A stretch of DNA of 64,000 nucleotides, taken from the IMG/VR virus record IMGVR_UViG_3300024255_000004; one strand, 5' to 3'. Position numbers and translations under genes: made by a program. The stretch is from a virus. Positions 28,904 to 37,886 of the stretch are shown piece by piece (position 1 is the first letter of the stretch; each line of letters opens with the position of its first letter). The notes under the pieces are model-generated. The model made no database searches, was not told the origin of the DNA, and was given only the letters and a program-made list of their open reading frames with translations.

Positions 28904-31294
28904 ATGACAAAAATAACTAGACAAAAAGACCAATTAGCAAAATTAATGGCTGCAGAGAATATCACTGTTGTCCATAAGAAAATACCAACTGCATATTTTG
29001 ATGTAAAGAATAGGATACTTGCTTGTCCTATCTTTAAGGAAGATATCAGTAGTGAACTTTATGACCTATTCATGGGACATGAAGTTGGACATGCATTGAA
29101 TACACCTTACGAGGGTCTTCACTCTGCATTAGAAATGAATAGAACACTTAAAGGATATCTTAATGTTGTAGAAGACGTTAGGATTGAGAAAGCAATCAAA
29201 AACAAATTCCAAGGATTGAGAAAATCTTTCTTTACTGCATACAATGAATTAATGACAATGGACTTCTTCCAACTTAAGGAAAGAAATCTTTCAGAACTTT
29301 CATTGATTGACAAAATCAATTTACAAACTAAGGTCGGTTCAAGACTTGGTCTTCAGTTCAATAAAGTAGAACAAGAATTCTTAGACATGTCAGAAGCATG
29401 TAAGACTTGGGAAGACGTTGTTGAATGTGCTACTGCAATCTATGAGTGGTCTAAAGAGAATGAGACAAGGACTGAAGATGATGAGATGTTAGTTCCTCAA
29501 ATGTTTGACCTTGATGAAGATGGAGAAGAGGGTGACGAAGAAGAATCAGAAATGGAAGAGATGGAAAACGAATCTCAAGAATCTGCTGATGGTGGTGATT
29601 CAGACGAAGATGATGCAGAAGAGGATTCACTTCCCGAGTTAAACGATAACATTGACAGTGGTGACACTTCAGAGGAAGAAGCAGAACAAGAAGGTGACAC
29701 TGATGATGCAGAACAACAAGTCAAGTCTACTGGTGGTAAAGAAGGTGGTAAAGACCAAGGTTATCATGACGAAAAAGATGGTGCAAGGGAATCAATCACT
29801 GAACACTTTGCACATAACAATGAAGAACAATTTCTTTCAGACGAAAACATTATCAAAACTCAAATCAATCTAAAAGAAGTTTTTGCAAAAAATGATATGC
29901 ATAAAGTAGTTCTTCCTTTCAAACAAGTTCTATCTGATTGGAGAGAATACGTGGGTGTATGTCCCGAGTATAAGACTCAAGAAAATTGGACTAAAAATTA
30001 TGAGAGAGGTCTTTTCACTGGAAAGAAAATAGAAAACAAAAACAAAAAGATTGTTGCTCACATGGCAAAGGAATTTGAAATGAAACAGTCTGCACAACTT
30101 TCCAAGAAAGCATTCAGTGGTAAAACTGGTAAGTTAGATATGAATAGACTTGCAAAATACCAAATCGTTGATGACATTTTCAAAAGAGCTACATATCTTC
30201 CCGAAGGTAAAAACCACGGGTTGACTGTTTTACTTGATTGGAGTGGTTCAATCTGTGACGAAGTGACAGACCTATTAGAACAATCAATGATACTTGCAAT
30301 GTTCTGTAGAAAAGTTAACATTCCTTATAGAGTATACCTTTTCTCTGATGCATATTCTGATTCAAATAAAGATGAGTATGGTTTCGGAAACAATGAAGGT
30401 AAACTCATTGAGATTATGTCTAACGAAATGAACAATAGACAACACAAAGAAATGTTGGGATACTTGGGTTGCATTTATGCAAACTACTTCAGTCAGAAAA
30501 TCTCTTGGAGAAACTATGAAAAATCTATTGCATTATATAACGAGTTCTTCGGTGAGTTCGAATCAATCACTGCAGATAGAAGCTACTGGGATTTGGAGTG
30601 CAACTTCAGACCTCAAGACTATAGACTAGGTGGAACTCCACTTGACCAAACACTTGTTGCACTTAGACAACTACTTCCCGAGTTCAATGCACAATACGGA
30701 ATTGAGAAGTCAATCCTAACAGTTATCACTGATGGTTATTCTCATGGTGCCGACTTCCTTCAAAAAGGAACTGAGGAAAAGGAAGATTACAGAAATCAAG
30801 AAAAGACAATGGAAGATTCAGATGGATATTATTTCAGAAGTAAAAAATCTAGAGATATGATTGACCCATTCTTAAACAAAGTGTTTCCACTGGAAAGTAA
30901 GTCTGATTATTATGGAAGAAATAATTTCAAAACAACTCAAAACCTATTAGACTGGTTATCAGAAACTACTGGTGTTATTGTCACTGGATACTTTGTTCTC
31001 GGAAGAAAACAAGACCTTTATGGTGTTCTAGAACACACTAACGAGTATAGAAAAACTGACGTTGATACTGCATGGAAAGAGATTAGAAAAGAAGGAAAAA
31101 TTTTCACTGCTCATGGATACAACAAATTATTTTTCACTGCAGCTAACAACTTAGGAACTGCTGGAAATGACGAACTTGGAGAGGAATTTATTGATGCGAA
31201 GAAGGTTAGAGTAATGGCTGCCTTCAAAAGAAATCAGAAATCAAAAACCACTTCAAGATTTTTAACTAACGAATTTATAAAGGAGATTGCATAA
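28904..31294 (+). CDS. Metallopeptidase-like plus vWA protein (CobT-like partner of MoxR)
   Basis: HEVGH (HExxH), NVVEDVRIE, a long acidic linker, MIDAS DWSGS, GGTPL and ITDG. Confidence 0.85.
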   Translation: MTKITRQKDQLAKLMAAENITVVHKKIPTAYFDVKNRILACPIFKEDISSELYDLFMGHEVGHALNTPYEGLHSALEMNRTLKGYLNVVEDVRIEKAIKNKFQGLRKSFFTAYNELMTMDFFQLKERNLSELSLIDKINLQTKVGSRLGLQFNKVEQEFLDMSEACKTWEDVVECATAIYEWSKENETRTEDDEMLVPQMFDLDEDGEEGDEEESEMEEMENESQESADGGDSDEDDAEEDSLPELNDNIDSGDTSEEEAEQEGDTDDAEQQVKSTGGKEGGKDQGYHDEKDGARESITEHFAHNNEEQFLSDENIIKTQINLKEVFAKNDMHKVVLPFKQVLSDWREYVGVCPEYKTQENWTKNYERGLFTGKKIENKNKKIVAHMAKEFEMKQSAQLSKKAFSGKTGKLDMNRLAKYQIVDDIFKRATYLPEGKNHGLTVLLDWSGSICDEVTDLLEQSMILAMFCRKVNIPYRVYLFSDAYSDSNKDEYGFGNNEGKLIEIMSNEMNNRQHKEMLGYLGCIYANYFSQKISWRNYEKSIALYNEFFGEFESITADRSYWDLECNFRPQDYRLGGTPLDQTLVALRQLLPEFNAQYGIEKSILTVITDGYSHGADFLQKGTEEKEDYRNQEKTMEDSDGYYFRSKKSRDMIDPFLNKVFPLESKSDYYGRNNFKTTQNLLDWLSETTGVIVTGYFVLGRKQDLYGVLEHTNEYRKTDVDTAWKEIRKEGKIFTAHGYNKLFFTAANNLGTAGNDELGEEFIDAKKVRVMAAFKRNQKSKTTSRFLTNEFIKEIA

Positions 31295-31506
31295 TGCAAA
31301 TAGAAAGTAAAGATATGATGAATGAAACATTCACATTAGACAGAAATCAATATAAAGATTTCACATATAGGATTGACCTATTAAAAGAAACCAAAGGTGT
31401 TGAAGCACCTTATCTTGTAGAACACGACTTTGTGCTAGACACATTTGAAGTGACACTACTTCACAAGTCATATGACTTAAACTTTGTTATGGGAGAATTA
31501 ACATGA
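31294..31506 (+). CDS. Hypothetical protein
   Basis: SD AAGGAG and TAATG coupling. Confidence 0.65.
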   Translation: MQIESKDMMNETFTLDRNQYKDFTYRIDLLKETKGVEAPYLVEHDFVLDTFEVTLLHKSYDLNFVMGELT

Positions 31507-31748
31507 GAGATACATTAAGAGTAGACGAAGCATATTACATTTCACATGATTCAGATTACAGTAAATTTGCAGATGCAGTCATGGACGTGGGGCCTTCACC
31601 TTGCGTCAGATATGATTGTCCTATGTTCAATGAATGTAAAACTGAAGAGAAGGAATGTTTTGCGTTTAGAATTTGGGTCAACAATGGTGGTGAACTGAAT
31701 GAGAAACAACAACTGAAAATGGGGACTAGATTTGAGTCAATTAAATAG
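31503..31748 (+). CDS. Hypothetical Cys-rich protein
   Basis: PCVRYDCPMFNECKTEEKEC, a possible metal-binding cluster. Confidence 0.65.
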   Translation: MRDTLRVDEAYYISHDSDYSKFADAVMDVGPSPCVRYDCPMFNECKTEEKECFAFRIWVNNGGELNEKQQLKMGTRFESIK

Positions 31749-31756
31749 AAAAAGAC

Positions 31757-31786
31757 TTGACAATGACCCTCACTTTTTAGTATACT
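31757..31786 (+). promoter_or_regulatory. Early promoter, copy 3
   Basis: TTGACA-ATGACCCTCACTTTTTAG-TATACT. Confidence 0.8.
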
Positions 31787-31835
31787 ATACAAGATGAGAA
31801 AAATAACTAATAACAACTTAAAAGGAGACTATAAT

Positions 31836-33083
31836 ATGGATAAAAGAAGTTATGACAGAAGTGAATCGATTGACGTGATGGGAAAGCCGTTTCACTACAC
31901 ACCCGATAGGAAGGAATTTTTAGATACGTTGATATCTAAATATCCGAATCAATCGGTTTTTACTAAAGAAGAAATTGACAATGTTGGGACGTTCCCATAT
32001 TGGGTGAAATCTTCTAGGTATAATTTTAGAGACAGTGGTGTCTTTAATCTTACTGCAATAATCAGTGGATACAATGGTGGATATTCCGAGAGTGGAATAG
32101 TTCCTCCAGTAGAACAACCAAAAGTTGTTCCAGTTGCACCAATGCAATCAGTTTCAAACATGCCAGTTGCAGCTGCAACTCAAACTGTTAACGTGAATGA
32201 CAATGTAAAAATCATTCCCGAGAAAATGTCAAACTATGTTCCTTTTGGACACTTCAAAGATGTCAAAGGAATTATCAAATCTAAAATCTTTTTCCCAGTA
32301 TTCATTACTGGACTAAGTGGTAATGGTAAAACATTAATGATTGAACAAACTTGTGCTCAATTGAAGAGAGAACTCTTCAGAGTCAATATCACTATTGAGA
32401 CAGACGAAGACGACCTAATGGGTGGTCACACTTTGGTCAATGGTAATGTCGTCTTCAGAGAAGGCCCTGTTATCAAAGCAATGAGAAAAGGTGCTGTCCT
32501 TCTTCTTGACGAAGTTGACTTGGGTTCTAACAAACTAATGTGTCTACAATCAGTTCTTGAAGGTAAAGGATACCTAATCAAGAAAACTGGTGAGTGGGTT
32601 TCACCTAAAGAAGGTTTCACAATCCTTGCAACTGCAAACACGAAAGGACAAGGTTCTGATGATGGAAAGTTCATAGGAACTCAAATCATGAATGAAGCCA
32701 TGTTGGAAAGATTTGCAATCACCATGCAACAGGAATATCCACCAGTGACTACTGAAAGAAGTATTCTTAAAAAAGAAATGGAATTGACTGGTGAAGTCGA
32801 TAACGAATTCTGTGAGAAACTAGTAGATTGGGCAGACATTATCAGAAAAACCTACTATGAAGGTGCTATTGATGATGTTATTACCACTAGAAGATTGGTT
32901 CACATTGTCAATGCATTCAGAATGTTTGACGACAAACTGAAGTCAATCACTATGTGTATTTCAAGGTTTGACGAAGAGACTAGAAATAGTATCCTCGACC
33001 TCTACTCCAAGATTGATGCTGGAGTAGACTTGAATGCAGAAAACCCAGTTGACGAAACTGAGTCTTCAGAGTATAATGACTAG
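31836..33083 (+). CDS. cobS: MoxR-family AAA+ ATPase (CobS-like)
   Basis: GLSGNGKT, LLLDEVD, ATANTKGQG and LERF; ATG 31836 follows AAGGAG. Confidence 0.9.
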   Translation: MDKRSYDRSESIDVMGKPFHYTPDRKEFLDTLISKYPNQSVFTKEEIDNVGTFPYWVKSSRYNFRDSGVFNLTAIISGYNGGYSESGIVPPVEQPKVVPVAPMQSVSNMPVAAATQTVNVNDNVKIIPEKMSNYVPFGHFKDVKGIIKSKIFFPVFITGLSGNGKTLMIEQTCAQLKRELFRVNITIETDEDDLMGGHTLVNGNVVFREGPVIKAMRKGAVLLLDEVDLGSNKLMCLQSVLEGKGYLIKKTGEWVSPKEGFTILATANTKGQGSDDGKFIGTQIMNEAMLERFAITMQQEYPPVTTERSILKKEMELTGEVDNEFCEKLVDWADIIRKTYYEGAIDDVITTRRLVHIVNAFRMFDDKLKSITMCISRFDEETRNSILDLYSKIDAGVDLNAENPVDETESSEYND

Positions 33084-33084
33084 T

Positions 33085-33393
33085 ATGGGATTATTTAAGA
33101 CTAAGTCAAAACCAATTGACTACAAATATGACGAGGGAGAACTTCTTAAAGAGTTCTCCACGTATATTGATACAACTTATGACCAACACTACAGTTTAAA
33201 CAAATACCAGTCCACTGAATTTATAATTGACAGTGGTCATGGGGAAGGATTTTGTATCGGGAACATACTGAAGTATGCCCAAAGATACGGAAAAAAAGGT
33301 GGGAAGAATCGTGCAGATATACTTAAAGTATTACACTATGCATTATTCATGCTTCACGTTCACGATAAAGCGATAAAGGAGGCTAACAAGTGA
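33085..33393 (+). CDS. Conserved phage protein (DUF3310-like)
   Basis: GEGFCIGNILKYAQRYGKK and DILKVLHYA; promoter TTGACG..TATAAT lies inside the cobS 3' end. Confidence 0.75.
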   Translation: MGLFKTKSKPIDYKYDEGELLKEFSTYIDTTYDQHYSLNKYQSTEFIIDSGHGEGFCIGNILKYAQRYGKKGGKNRADILKVLHYALFMLHVHDKAIKEANK

Positions 33394-34058
33394 TGAAAAT
33401 TAGTAATGATACGAGGAATATCTTCAAAAATTTCTCAACAATAAACCAAGGGATTAAAGTAAGTAGTGGAAACACACTTCAAACAATCTCTAATATGAAA
33501 AACATTCTTGCAGTTGCAACGATACCCGAAGACTTTCCACAAGACTTCAGTATCTACAATCTGCCAGAGTTTTTAGGTGCAACCAGTTTACTGGAAGACC
33601 CCGAGTTTGAATTCGGTGATACAAGTCTAACAGTTGCAGACACAAATTCTAGTCTTGCGTATTTTTATGCAAGTGAAGGAATGGTGACTTCACCCGAAAA
33701 AATGATAACAATGCCTGATGCAGAAATCGGTATTGATATCTCTTCTACACTTCTAAACGAGTTGCAGAAAGCAGCAAGTGTTCTAGGTGTCGGAGATTTA
33801 ATTCTTTCTTCAAATGGAACTACAATTAAATTGGAAGTGACTGATAAGAAGAATGCAACTTCAAACACATTCTCAAGAATCGTGGGTGAAGGAAATGGTG
33901 TTTCATACACTATGAACTTTAAGATTGAGAACCTTAAAGTCTTGGACGGAAACTATGAAGTATTAGTTTCGTCAAAAGGAATCTCACACTTTAAAAACAA
34001 AGATGTGGATTTAGAATACTTTATTGCATTGGAGCCTGATTCAAAATACAATGTTTAA
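33390..34058 (+). CDS. gp45: Sliding clamp gp45
   Basis: KNFSTINQ, FSIYNLPEFL and YFIALEPDS. Confidence 0.95.
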   Translation: MMKISNDTRNIFKNFSTINQGIKVSSGNTLQTISNMKNILAVATIPEDFPQDFSIYNLPEFLGATSLLEDPEFEFGDTSLTVADTNSSLAYFYASEGMVTSPEKMITMPDAEIGIDISSTLLNELQKAASVLGVGDLILSSNGTTIKLEVTDKKNATSNTFSRIVGEGNGVSYTMNFKIENLKVLDGNYEVLVSSKGISHFKNKDVDLEYFIALEPDSKYNV

Positions 34059-34071
34059 CCTAAATAAAAGA

Positions 34072-34173
34072 GTAAGTGTTGCACTAGTCTCTGCAATGCA
34101 TACGGGACATAAGACATCTCATCAATCTTCAAGGGTTCTTATGACAGTTAATTCGGAGGGGTTTTAACTTCTT
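34072..34173 (+). ncRNA. Candidate structured cis-regulatory RNA in the gp44 leader
   Basis: Three consecutive stem-loops containing G-U pairs, with possible loop pairings (see findings). Confidence 0.45.
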
Positions 34174-35121
34174 ATGATGAATGAATTTTTATTTGTAGAA
34201 AAGTATCGTCCTCAAACAATTGAGGACACGATACTACCCGAGGGTATTAAGAATACTTTTAGAGAATTTGTAAAACAGGGAGAGATACCAAATCTCATGT
34301 TGTGTGGTTCTGCTGGTGTTGGTAAAACAACAATTGCAAAAGCACTATGCAACGAACTGGGTGCAGACTTTATAGTAATCAATGGGTCAGACGAAGGTCG
34401 TTTGATTGATACCTTAAGAACTAAAATTAAAAACTTTGCATCTACAGTTTCACTTAGTGGTGGGTCAAAGGTTGTTATCCTTGATGAAGCAGATTACATT
34501 TCTGCAGACTCGGTTCAACCTGCCTTGAGAAACTTCATAGAGGAGTTCTCTTCGAACTGTAGATTTATCTTTACTTGTAATTACAAGAATAGAATTATTA
34601 AACCACTACATTCAAGAACAACAGTCATAGACTTCAAACTAACACCCAGTGATAAACAACAACTTGCTGGAATATTCCTTTCAAGACTTAAACAAATTTG
34701 TGATAACGAAAGTATTAAGTATGACGAAAAGGTTTTGGTTGAACTTATATTAAAGTTCTTCCCCGATTTCAGAAGGTGTATCAACGAGGTTCAAAGATAT
34801 GGAGTCAGTGGTGTAATAGACACTGGTCTTATTGCAACACTAGCCGAAGAGAAACTAACACCACTTATTGATATGATGAAGGACAAGAACTGGACTTCTA
34901 TGAGGAAGTGGGTTGCACAAAATAGTGATAATGATTTTGATACTTTGTTTAGAAAGGTCTTTAATACACTTGAACAAAGACTAGAACCTTCTAGTATTCC
35001 AGCAAGTGTTTTGATTATTGCAGACTATCAATACAAGTCTGCTTTTGCAATGGATAGTGAAATCAATTTCGTTGCATGTCTCACCGAGATTATGTCGGAG
35101 TGTAAATTCAAAGATGGGTAA
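34174..35121 (+). CDS. gp44: Clamp loader subunit gp44
   Basis: VEKYRP, GSAGVGKT, ILDEAD and FPDFRR. Confidence 0.96.
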   Translation: MMNEFLFVEKYRPQTIEDTILPEGIKNTFREFVKQGEIPNLMLCGSAGVGKTTIAKALCNELGADFIVINGSDEGRLIDTLRTKIKNFASTVSLSGGSKVVILDEADYISADSVQPALRNFIEEFSSNCRFIFTCNYKNRIIKPLHSRTTVIDFKLTPSDKQQLAGIFLSRLKQICDNESIKYDEKVLVELILKFFPDFRRCINEVQRYGVSGVIDTGLIATLAEEKLTPLIDMMKDKNWTSMRKWVAQNSDNDFDTLFRKVFNTLEQRLEPSSIPASVLIIADYQYKSAFAMDSEINFVACLTEIMSECKFKDG

Positions 35122-35239
35122 ACTAAGACAATGGTTTAGAAAATGGTTTGATATTCAAATAGAGAAATCAATGCAAAGAAAATCAGACAGAATGTTTTCA
35201 AAACATAGTGTAGAATATAGAGATGGAGATAACACATGA
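35114..35239 (+). CDS. Small hypothetical protein
   Basis: MGKLRQWFRKWFD...; bridges gp44 and the next ORF. Confidence 0.5.
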   Translation: MGKLRQWFRKWFDIQIEKSMQRKSDRMFSKHSVEYRDGDNT

Positions 35240-35505
35240 CAGAATATAATGAAACAGTAGAACGACAAAGACTGCTACTAGAAGCTGAAGAATGGGCTAG
35301 TGGTGTTAAATCTGCACATGCACATTCACTGAATTCAATGTGGTATGATACAAGACCACAAGACACTGAAAATGGAAAAGGTGTCTTAGATATTCAATAC
35401 AATGACGAAACAGTTAAAAGAACTTTAGACAATGGAGAAACCTATATCTTTGGAACTCCATTGAAAGGACAAGCCTTAATTGATTCTTATGTAAGAAGCA
35501 CTTAA
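35236..35505 (+). CDS. Hypothetical protein
   Basis: SD GGAG and ATGA overlap. Confidence 0.65.
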   Translation: MTEYNETVERQRLLLEAEEWASGVKSAHAHSLNSMWYDTRPQDTENGKGVLDIQYNDETVKRTLDNGETYIFGTPLKGQALIDSYVRST

Positions 35506-35897
35506 TGTCTAAAAGAAATCCATTCGATTTTGTAAAATCGGTCTCTTCCGATAAAACTGATATCATGGTTGATGATATCGAAGAGAAATCATATCAACCA
35601 TTCTTAATAAACAAAGCATTATCTTATCACCAAGATTCTGTTTTTCTTACTAACGAAATGAACATTAGACATGGTGTAGACAATCGTCTTCAATATGTCT
35701 TTTTCCTAAATACTCTTAGGAAACGTCAAAGGTTCTCCAAGTGGAGTAAACCTTACGTTAGTAAAAAACTCGATATAATTAAAGATTATTATCAGATATC
35801 AACAAAAGAAGCAAAAGAATATGCAACTTTACTATCTGAAAAACAATATCGTGAATTGAAAAACAGTATGAAAACTGGTGGTAGAGATAATGGATAA
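35505..35897 (+). CDS. gp62: Clamp loader small subunit gp62
   Basis: YQPFLINKALS, NEMN and LRKRQRFSKW. Confidence 0.92.
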   Translation: MSKRNPFDFVKSVSSDKTDIMVDDIEEKSYQPFLINKALSYHQDSVFLTNEMNIRHGVDNRLQYVFFLNTLRKRQRFSKWSKPYVSKKLDIIKDYYQISTKEAKEYATLLSEKQYRELKNSMKTGGRDNG

Positions 35898-36300
35898 CCA
35901 AGAAGAAATAGTAAAAGGCCTAGTAGAGGTCACATTCCCCGAAAAAGATGATTTTTTAAAAATTAGAGAAACACTTTCTAGAATAGGTGTCGCATCAAGA
36001 AAGGATAAGGAATTATTTCAGTCTTGTCATATTCTACACAAACGTGGTAAGTATTATATCACACATTTCAAAGAGTTATTCAAACTCGATGGTAAACCTT
36101 CTAATCTTGATGAGTCAGATATTGCACGAAGAAACACTATAGTGTCACTTTTAGAACAATGGAAACTAGTATCTGTAGTCAATAAGACTCAAATAGAAGA
36201 CCCAAAAGCACCCCTAAGTCAGATAAAAATTATACCATTTAGAGAGAAATCCGAATGGAAATTGACAACAAAATACTCAATCGGTTCCCAAAATCCCTAA
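35890..36300 (+). CDS. regA: Translational repressor RegA
   Basis: DDFLKIRETLSRIGVAS and QSCHILHKRGKYYITHFKELF. Confidence 0.96.
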   Translation: MDNQEEIVKGLVEVTFPEKDDFLKIRETLSRIGVASRKDKELFQSCHILHKRGKYYITHFKELFKLDGKPSNLDESDIARRNTIVSLLEQWKLVSVVNKTQIEDPKAPLSQIKIIPFREKSEWKLTTKYSIGSQNP

Positions 36301-36326
36301 ATACAACTGTTATAAATAAATAACAA

Positions 36327-36545
36327 ATGGAGGAAACTATGTTATCAAGCATAATAGACTTTATTATGGGGATTTGGAACTTACTTATGGTAATTCCAAT
36401 CGTTATATCTATTTGTAGTGTTATTGTCGCTTTGACACCAACACCCGCAGATGATAAGATATGGGCAAAGGTATACAAATACCTAGAAGTTCTTGCACTA
36501 GTAATAGGTAAGGCCAAGAATAAAAATCCATTGTTAGAAAAATAA
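36327..36545 (+). CDS. Small membrane protein (possibly holin-like)
   Basis: TM helix then ALTPTPADD; late promoter at 36311; start may be 36339. Confidence 0.6.
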   Translation: MEETMLSSIIDFIMGIWNLLMVIPIVISICSVIVALTPTPADDKIWAKVYKYLEVLALVIGKAKNKNPLLEK

Positions 36546-36559
36546 ACTGAGGAAATGTA

Positions 36560-36802
36560 ATGGAAATCATAATTGGAATAATAGTTGTTGTAGGTATTGT
36601 TTACTTTATTCAAAATAAGAAGGATAAAGGTTCAAGTGTGTCAAAACCGACACCAGCACCTAAACCTAAAACACCAAGTGTTGCAGAATTAAAGAAACTT
36701 ACCAAGAATCAACTCATTGAAATGGCAGATAAGAAAAATCTTAAAGTCAAGAAGAGTGGTTCTAAAGCAAATGTTATAAGTGAATTACGAGAACAGTTAT
36801 AA
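36560..36802 (+). CDS. Membrane-anchored protein with a C-terminal SAP/Rho-N-like helical domain
   Basis: N-terminal TM helix, Pro-rich linker, then ELKKLTKNQLIEMA...KANVISEL. Confidence 0.6.
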   Translation: MEIIIGIIVVVGIVYFIQNKKDKGSSVSKPTPAPKPKTPSVAELKKLTKNQLIEMADKKNLKVKKSGSKANVISELREQL

Positions 36803-36817
36803 ACTGAACGTAATAAC

Positions 36818-36843
36818 AAAAGGGTGCTTATGCACCCTTTTTT
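36818..36843 (+). terminator. Rho-independent terminator
   Basis: AAAAGGGTGC-TTAT-GCACCC followed by T6. Confidence 0.88.
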
Positions 36844-36865
36844 ATTGTCTGTAAACAGTTATTAG

Positions 36866-36873
36866 TATAAATA
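36866..36873 (+). promoter_or_regulatory. Late promoter of the curli/cyclase operon
   Basis: TATAAATA 5 nt before ATG 36879. Confidence 0.78.
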
Positions 36874-36878
36874 AAGGT

Positions 36879-37172
36879 ATGGATATATTTGGTTTGATAA
36901 GTGAAGTGGGAGCTCCGATTGCTGGAAGTCTAGTGATGGGTTTCTTTATTTTTACAGTTATCAAACAAATACTAGAAGGTGTCGTTGATTCTATCAAAAC
37001 CCTTACCATGTTCTGTAAGTCACTAGAAAATCGTGCAAGAACAATGTCTAACGAAATGATTAAGATAGACATGTTAGTGTCAAGTGCCTTAGAACTTAGA
37101 CCCGATATAGAGAGAATTGCACGTGCAGAGAACTTTATAGAAGACGGGAAACTAGACGTGAGAAGGGACTAG
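36879..37172 (+). CDS. Small membrane protein (first gene of the curli-type operon)
   Basis: LISEVGAPIA then a TM helix and coiled coil; resembles the next ORF. Confidence 0.7.
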   Translation: MDIFGLISEVGAPIAGSLVMGFFIFTVIKQILEGVVDSIKTLTMFCKSLENRARTMSNEMIKIDMLVSSALELRPDIERIARAENFIEDGKLDVRRD

Positions 37173-37453
37173 TGGAAAATATTGCACAACTTATTTCTGA
37201 TTATGGATTTCCAATCGTAATGATGGTTGGACTTGGATATTTCGTATATTATGTTTGGTGGTTTGTGGGTGAAAAATTGGAACCCGAAATCGAAAAACAA
37301 CACTTTGCATTGATTAAAGTGATTGACCAAGTGCGAATGTTAGACCAAGACTTGATTCGTCTACAACAAAAAGTAGACGTAGTTCTCGAATACAAAGAGA
37401 ATCAAAAAAAGAGAGGAAACATGACAGATGATAAAACCGACAGTAATAATTAG
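37172..37453 (+). CDS. Small membrane protein (second gene of the curli-type operon)
   Basis: LISDYGFPIV then a TM helix and IDQVRMLDQDLIRL. Confidence 0.7.
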   Translation: MENIAQLISDYGFPIVMMVGLGYFVYYVWWFVGEKLEPEIEKQHFALIKVIDQVRMLDQDLIRLQQKVDVVLEYKENQKKRGNMTDDKTDSNN

Positions 37454-37886
37454 TATTTGTTTTGCACTTAGTGTAAGTGCAGATGAAATAGTTCACAAAT
37501 TCAAAAGTCCTTCCTTCAATGGAATAGGACAATCATCACACTATCTCACAATTGAGAATCAAGAAAAATCAAGACGTGATAAGATAGCACAAGACATAGA
37601 AGACCGAATTGCAAAAGCAGAAAGAGATGCAGATAATACCACTCTTGCAAAATTTTTAAGAAACGTAGAAAGTAGAATTTATGCTCAGATAGCAAAACAG
37701 TTAGTAGAAAATATGTTCTCTAACGGAGAAGCTGCATCATATGGAGTTTTCTCAATAGAAGGGAATACAGTCACATACGAAAAATTAGTTGGTGAAGATG
37801 GTGCAGAATTTATTAGGTTAACCATTGTAGCAGAAGACGGGACGACAACAACTTTAGATATACCAGTTGGAACAGGAAGTTTCTAA
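37428..37886 (+). CDS. csgF: Curli assembly protein CsgF-like
   Basis: Signal peptide, mature N-terminus DEIVHKFKSPSFNG (compare CsgF FQFRNPNFGG), C-terminal DGTTTTLDIP; next to csgG. Confidence 0.8.
   Translation: MIKPTVIISICFALSVSADEIVHKFKSPSFNGIGQSSHYLTIENQEKSRRDKIAQDIEDRIAKAERDADNTTLAKFLRNVESRIYAQIAKQLVENMFSNGEAASYGVFSIEGNTVTYEKLVGEDGAEFIRLTIVAEDGTTTTLDIPVGTGSF

Noticed and set aside
36803-36878. Glutamine riboswitch ahead of the curli operon, as I recall being reported for a related phage
   Set aside because: The spacer holds only a terminator and a late promoter; no glnA-like motif is visible.
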